A stretch of DNA of 64,000 nucleotides, from NCBI GenBank assembly GCA_965249135.1, contig OZ252220.1:1472001-1536000 (forward strand), written 5' to 3'. The stretch comes from Alphaproteobacteria bacterium (GTDB lineage: Bacteria > Pseudomonadota > Alphaproteobacteria > GCA-2746255). Under the pieces are notes generated by a model. The model did not search any database. It was not told where the DNA came from and saw nothing but the letters and a program-made list of their open reading frames with translations. Positions 59,447 to 64,000 of this stretch are shown piece after piece. The first letter of the stretch is position 1. Every line of letters begins with the position of its first letter. The position numbers and the translations under genes were made by a program.

Positions 59447-60322
59447 ATGAACATTCTACCGCTTGATAGGCAAATCCAAGCCGTTAGCGCCCTTACCGAG
59501 GGGTGTTCCATCCGCGCGGCCGAACGCCTTACAGGCGTCCACCGGGACACAATCATGCGCCTTGGGGTCCGAGTCGGGGAAGGGTGCCAGCACCTCCATG
59601 ACCGGCAGATGCAGGGGCTTCATGTCCCCATCATCGAATTGGACGAGATTTGGGCCTATGTCGGCATGAAACAACGGAAGGCTGGCCCGCACCCAGAGAT
59701 GGGCGACCAGTACACCTGCACAGCCCTAGACGCGACGAACAAGGCAATCATCTCCTACCTCACAGGCAAGCGGGACGCGCCGAATACTCACGCCTTTGCT
59801 TACGATCTTGCCAGCCGCATTACGAACCGGCCCGAAGTCACGTCCGATGGCTTTGGGCCTTATGTAGAAGCCGTCCTTGGCGCGTTTGGGTATGACGGGG
59901 TGGATTTTGGCCAGATCGTCAAGCACTACGAGGGCGAGCGAGGGCAACAGGCTTCCCGAAAATACTCCCCCGGCCGAATTGTAAGCGTACAGAAAACCGT
60001 AGTATCCGGCACGCCACGTCGCCTTTCGACCTCCCTCGTTGAACGGTCGAATCTAACCCTTCGGATGCAGCAACGGCGGTTCACTCGACTGACCAATGGG
60101 TTCAGCAAGAAGCTCCAAAACCACAAGGCAGCGGTCAGCCTTTTCGTGGCTCACTACAACTTTTGCCGGGTCCACAGTACCATCCAGATCACGCCAGCCA
60201 TGGCTCTTGGGGTCACAGACCACATCTGGACCATCGGCGAATTGATCGAAGCGGCGACCGGACCCGAGCCACAAGGTCACACGGCTGGACGGTTCCGGGT
60301 GATTGATGGCGGATTGTCCTAA
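59447..60322 (+). CDS. IS1-family DDE transposase
   Basis: HTH EGCSIRAAERLTGVHRDTIMRL, IELDEIWAYVG, VTSDG, TSLVERSNLTLRM..RRFTRLTNGFSKK, HYNFCRVH, TPAMALG. Confidence 0.92.
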   Translation: MNILPLDRQIQAVSALTEGCSIRAAERLTGVHRDTIMRLGVRVGEGCQHLHDRQMQGLHVPIIELDEIWAYVGMKQRKAGPHPEMGDQYTCTALDATNKAIISYLTGKRDAPNTHAFAYDLASRITNRPEVTSDGFGPYVEAVLGAFGYDGVDFGQIVKHYEGERGQQASRKYSPGRIVSVQKTVVSGTPRRLSTSLVERSNLTLRMQQRRFTRLTNGFSKKLQNHKAAVSLFVAHYNFCRVHSTIQITPAMALGVTDHIWTIGELIEAATGPEPQGHTAGRFRVIDGGLS

Positions 60323-60366
60323 GTTCATGCGGCGACTGTCCTAATTCAGCCAGTACCGCGGAAGCG

Positions 60367-60384
60367 GCGTCATAAATCCGTCAT
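60367..60384 (+). promoter_or_regulatory. Pho box upstream of pstS
   Basis: GCGTCAT-AAAT-CCGTCAT, two half-sites at 11-bp spacing versus consensus CTGTCAT-A(A/T)A(T/A)-CTGTCA(C/T). Confidence 0.82.
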
Positions 60385-60410
60385 AGAACTCCGCTACCCC
60401 TTTCTGGGTC

Positions 60411-61448
60411 ATGGGGAGGAAACTGCTTCTCGCTGCCGCTATTGCCGCCGTCGGTCTGGGTTCGGCCTTTGCGTCCGACACCCGCAACCAGATCCGCATC
60501 GTCGGGTCTTCGACCGTCTTCCCGTTTTCCACCGCGGCTGCCGAAGAATTCGGACAAATGACGAACTTCAAGACGCCGGTCGTCGAGAACACCGGTTCCG
60601 GCGGCGGTCTGAAGCTGTTCTGCTCAGGAATCGGGCTCGCTCATCCCGACATCACGAATGCCTCGCGTCGGATCAAGGATTCGGAAGTGGCGAGGTGCGC
60701 GAAGAACGGCGTCGGCAACATCACGGAAGTCAAGATCGGGTTCGACGGCATCGTGCTCGCAAATTCGAAGAAGGCAAAACGCTTCGCACTTACCCGGAAG
60801 GCGATCTGGCTGGCGCTCGCAAAAGACGTTCCGGACGCTTCCGGCAAGTTGGTACCCAATCCCAACACGACCTGGAAGGATGTGGACGCAAGCCTTCCCG
60901 ACAGGAAAATCGAAGTGCTGGGCCCGCCGCCGACGTCTGGCACGCGGGATGCCTTCGTCGAGCTTGCGATGGAAAGCGGCTGCAAGACGTTTCCGAGCAT
61001 CTTGGCGATGAAGAAGACGGACAAGATGAAGTACAAGGCCATCTGCCACTCGATCCGCGAGGATGGGGCCTTCATCGATGCCGGCGAAAACGACAATCTG
61101 ATCGTCCAGAAACTTAAATCGAACCCGGCCGCCCTTGGCGTCTTTGGGTTCAGCTTCCTCGATCAGAACCGGGACAAGGTCCAGGGCAGCCTCGTGGACA
61201 AGGCCGAGCCCAGCTTCGACAACATTTCAAGCGGGAAATATCCGGTCTCGCGTTCCCTATACTTCTACGTGAAGAACGCCCATGTCGGCATCGTGCCGGG
61301 GATTGCGGAATACATCGACGCCTTCACGAGCGAGACCGCCTGGGGACCTTACGGCTATTTGGCCGATCGGGGGCTTATTCCGCTGCCCGTGGAAGAGCGG
61401 GAGAAAGTCCGCAGCGGGGCGATGAGCCTGACACCCTATGCCAAGTAA
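60411..61448 (+). CDS. pstS: Phosphate ABC transporter substrate-binding protein
   Basis: Signal peptide; IVGSSTVFPF, TGSGGG, NASRRIK, GPPPTSGTRDAF, YPVSRSLYFY. Confidence 0.95.
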   Translation: MGRKLLLAAAIAAVGLGSAFASDTRNQIRIVGSSTVFPFSTAAAEEFGQMTNFKTPVVENTGSGGGLKLFCSGIGLAHPDITNASRRIKDSEVARCAKNGVGNITEVKIGFDGIVLANSKKAKRFALTRKAIWLALAKDVPDASGKLVPNPNTTWKDVDASLPDRKIEVLGPPPTSGTRDAFVELAMESGCKTFPSILAMKKTDKMKYKAICHSIREDGAFIDAGENDNLIVQKLKSNPAALGVFGFSFLDQNRDKVQGSLVDKAEPSFDNISSGKYPVSRSLYFYVKNAHVGIVPGIAEYIDAFTSETAWGPYGYLADRGLIPLPVEEREKVRSGAMSLTPYAK

Positions 61449-61483
61449 TCCCGACTGGGCGATGAAAGCGCCGCTTAACGATC

Positions 61484-61519
61484 GCCGGAATTTAAGCCGG
61501 AATTTGAGCCGGAATCTGA
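61484..61519. repeat. 3 x 12-bp imperfect tandem repeat between pstS and pstC
   Basis: GCCGGAATTTAA, GCCGGAATTTGA, GCCGGAATCTGA. Confidence 0.85.
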
Positions 61520-61523
61520 GAAC

Positions 61524-62900
61524 GTGATGGCTAGTTATTTATTCGTGATCGGCCTGCTCGCCCTCTCGTCTGCCGCCTTCGCGGTGGGGCGGCGGCGAGC
61601 CATGGCCATCGGCGCAGAGCAGCGCCTCCATTCCCGCCCGGCTCACCATGGGCTTTACGTCGCCCTTTGGTGCGTCGTTCCGGCGATCGTCCTTCTCACT
61701 CTGGGACTGCTTTTCGAAAGAACCCTGATTGGGGTCCTGCTCGCCACAACCACGGATCAAACGATCATCGACCAATTCGGCGGGCGCACCCTCTTCGTCG
61801 AAAAAGTCTGTTGGATCGTGGAAAGCGGCCTTACCAACCAGACAACGGAAACGCCCTTGCGTCTTGCGGCGCTCCACTATGCGGAGCTTAAGCAGATCGG
61901 TCAGGCGGGCCTTTTCGTGGTGGCGCTCACAGCCGCGCTCGGCGGGCTCGCCTGGGGACGGCGTGTCCTTAGCCCAACCTTTCGGGCCCGCAACCGGGTC
62001 GAAGGGTTCTTCCAGTTCGTGCTCATCGCGGGCTCGACGATCTCGGTCCTGACGACGATCGGCATCGTCCTTTCGATGCTGTTCGAAGCGATCCGCTTCT
62101 TTCAGCTCATCCCCTTCCACGAATTCCTGTTCGGGCTTCAATGGAGCCCGCAGACGGCGATCCGCGCGGACCAGGTCGGCCAGACCGGCGCCTTCGGCGC
62201 GATCCCGGTCTTCGCCGGCACGCTGTTGATCACCTTTCTTGCCATGCTGGTTGCCGTTCCGATCGGCATCTTCTCGGCCGTCTACACCGCGGAATACGCA
62301 CCGGCAAAGGTGCGGGCGACGGTGAAACCGGTCCTGGAAATCCTGGCCGGCGTGCCGACGGTCGTCTACGGCTTCTTTGCCGCCCTTACGGTGGCGCCGA
62401 TGGTACGGGACGGCGGTGGCATGCTTGGGCTCGACGTCGCCTCGGAAAGCGCGCTTGCCGCAGGCCTGGTGATGGGGATCATGATCATCCCCTTCATCTC
62501 GTCCCTTTCGGACGACGTGATTAACGCCGTCCCCCAAAGCCTGCGCGACGGTTCCTATGCGATCGGGGCGACGCAATCGGAAACGATCCGGAAAGTCGTC
62601 CTGCCGGCCGCCCTTCCCGGAATCGTGGGCGCCTTCCTGCTGGCCGTCTCACGCGCCATCGGCGAGACGATGATCGTCGTCATGGCGGCGGGCCTTGCGG
62701 CGAACTTGACTGCGAATCCCTTCGAGGCGGTGACGACGGTCACCGTCCAGATCGTGACGCTGCTGGTTGGCGATCAGGAATTCGACAGCGCGAAGACGCT
62801 GGCCGCCTTCGCCTTGGGCATCGCGCTCTTCACGATCACGCTTTTCCTGAATGTGATTGCTATCCGCGTCGTCGACAAATATCGGGAAAAATATGACTGA
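61524..62900 (+). CDS. pstC: Phosphate ABC transporter permease PstC
   Basis: KPVLEILAGVPTVVYG, GSYAIGATQSETI, SRAIGETMIV. Confidence 0.95.
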   Translation: MMASYLFVIGLLALSSAAFAVGRRRAMAIGAEQRLHSRPAHHGLYVALWCVVPAIVLLTLGLLFERTLIGVLLATTTDQTIIDQFGGRTLFVEKVCWIVESGLTNQTTETPLRLAALHYAELKQIGQAGLFVVALTAALGGLAWGRRVLSPTFRARNRVEGFFQFVLIAGSTISVLTTIGIVLSMLFEAIRFFQLIPFHEFLFGLQWSPQTAIRADQVGQTGAFGAIPVFAGTLLITFLAMLVAVPIGIFSAVYTAEYAPAKVRATVKPVLEILAGVPTVVYGFFAALTVAPMVRDGGGMLGLDVASESALAAGLVMGIMIIPFISSLSDDVINAVPQSLRDGSYAIGATQSETIRKVVLPAALPGIVGAFLLAVSRAIGETMIVVMAAGLAANLTANPFEAVTTVTVQIVTLLVGDQEFDSAKTLAAFALGIALFTITLFLNVIAIRVVDKYREKYD

Positions 62901-64000
62901 TACCGCAAACGCAACGAAGGAAAGGGTAATTTCCGCACACAGTCTTCGCCGGGCAAGGGCGGAGAAGCGGTTTCGCATTTACTGCGTCACCGCCGTCTCG
63001 ACCGCCATTGCGTTTCTTATCTTCTTGCTGGCCAGCGTTACATTAAGCGGATACACGGCAATCGTTCAGACGCACATTCGTCTCGACATCACTTATGACG
63101 AGGCCGTGTTTGAGCGCGATGGCAGCCGGTCGACCGCTGCCCTCATGCGGGCGGACTACGGCGTCCTCATCCGCCAAAGCCTGATGGCGAAGTTCCCGAA
63201 CGTGGAAGGCCGCAAGAATTTACGTCGCCTGTTTGCGTTGGTGAGTGAGAAGGCACGCTTCGAGCTACGCAAGGCAGTTACGGAAAACCCCGACCTCATC
63301 GGCAGCACCGGGTCGATCTGGCTCTCGGCATCGGGAGATGTCGACATGCTGATGAAAGGCTACATGCGGCGCGACGTAGCGGAAGGCGAACGACGCCTCG
63401 ACAACGAACAAATCGGCTGGATCGATTTACTCGCCTCGGAAGACTCGATCGAGAAAAAGTTCAACACCGCCTTCTTTACGCACGCGGATTCGCGCTCTCC
63501 GGAAATCGCCGGCGTGTGGGGCGCCGTCGTCGGCTCCTTCTATACGATGATCGTCACCTTACTGTTCGCCTTTCCGATCGGCCTCATGACCGGCATCTAC
63601 CTGGAGGAATTCGCAACGAAGAACCGCTGGGCGCGGCTGGTCGAGGTCAACATCAACAATCTGGCGGCCGTACCGTCGATCGTGTTTGGACTTCTCGGCC
63701 TTGCCGTCTTCCTGAACCTCGGCGGCCTGCCGCGCTCTGCACCCTTGGTGGGCGGGATCACGCTGGCGCTGATGACCTTGCCGACGATCATCATCGCGAC
63801 CCGGGCCTCGCTCCTTTCCATCCCGCCTTCCATCCGCGAGGCGGCGCGTGGCGTGGGCGCATCGGAAACCCAGGTCGTGCTGCATCACGTCGTGCCCCTG
63901 GCCATCCCCGGGATCCTGACCGGCACGATCATCGGGATGGCCCGCGCGCTCGGCGAGACGGCGCCGCTTTTGATGATCGGGATGGTGGCCTTCATCGCGG
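62893..64000 (+). CDS. pstA: Phosphate ABC transporter permease PstA (runs off the window)
   Basis: Hand translation from ATG 62893: GIYLEEFA, INNLAAVPSIVFGLLGL, SIREAARGVGAS, ARALGETAPL. Confidence 0.94.
   Translation, partial: MTDTANATKERVISAHSLRRARAEKRFRIYCVTAVSTAIAFLIFLLASVTLSGYTAIVQTHIRLDITYDEAVFERDGSRSTAALMRADYGVLIRQSLMAKFPNVEGRKNLRRLFALVSEKARFELRKAVTENPDLIGSTGSIWLSASGDVDMLMKGYMRRDVAEGERRLDNEQIGWIDLLASEDSIEKKFNTAFFTHADSRSPEIAGVWGAVVGSFYTMIVTLLFAFPIGLMTGIYLEEFATKNRWARLVEVNINNLAAVPSIVFGLLGLAVFLNLGGLPRSAPLVGGITLALMTLPTIIIATRASLLSIPPSIREAARGVGASETQVVLHHVVPLAIPGILTGTIIGMARALGETAPLLMIGMVAFIA

Larger units (their letters stand above)
57544..60357 (+). mobile_element. IS1-family (ISMhu11-like) cargo-carrying IS, 2814 bp
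   Basis: Perfect 8-bp TSD GCGGAAGC at 57536-57543 and 60358-60365; ends GGTACAG... and ...CAGTACC (IS1 consensus GGnnnTG); single-ORF transposase without N-terminal zinc finger. Confidence 0.92.

Noticed and set aside
60336-60346. CTGTCCTAATT in the IS end as an extra Pho half-site
   Set aside because: It is 31 bp from the real Pho box, out of 11-bp phase.

Overview
GC-rich alphaproteobacterial chromosome segment (Rhodospirillales-like gene order; inferred). It is mostly housekeeping: dnaA (partial), rpsT, mutM, ubiE, coaBC, dut, Rrf2-cysK-moeB, irr-rubrerythrin cluster, pnp-rpsO-truB-rbfA-infB-nusA-rimP, trmB-metK, lnt-corC-ybeY-phoH-miaB, olsA/olsB, fur, mucR, tsaB, nfu, trpS, murJ, glnD, mutS, maeB, phoR and pstSCA. 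Two cargo-carrying insertion sequences interrupt it, both with ends readable in the sequence. (1) An IS1595-family element (39352-43017; perfect 27-bp TIRs, 7/8 TSD) carries a C5 DNA methyltransferase, an HNH endonuclease, Vsr and a zinc-ribbon protein. (2) An IS1-family, ISMhu11-like element (57544-60357; perfect 8-bp TSD GCGGAAGC) sits in the last codons of phoR. It carries back-to-back sigma70 promoters. One drives a putative winged-helix plus GIY-YIG-like gene pair. The other drives a structured RNA with a small basic ORF, a degenerate tRNA-Val(TAC)-like cloverleaf and a hairpin that hides the transposase start codon. Element 2 is the best candidate for an undescribed system. mutS carries an in-frame TAG just after Walker A. 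Family assignments are by motif recognition from memory; no searches were run.
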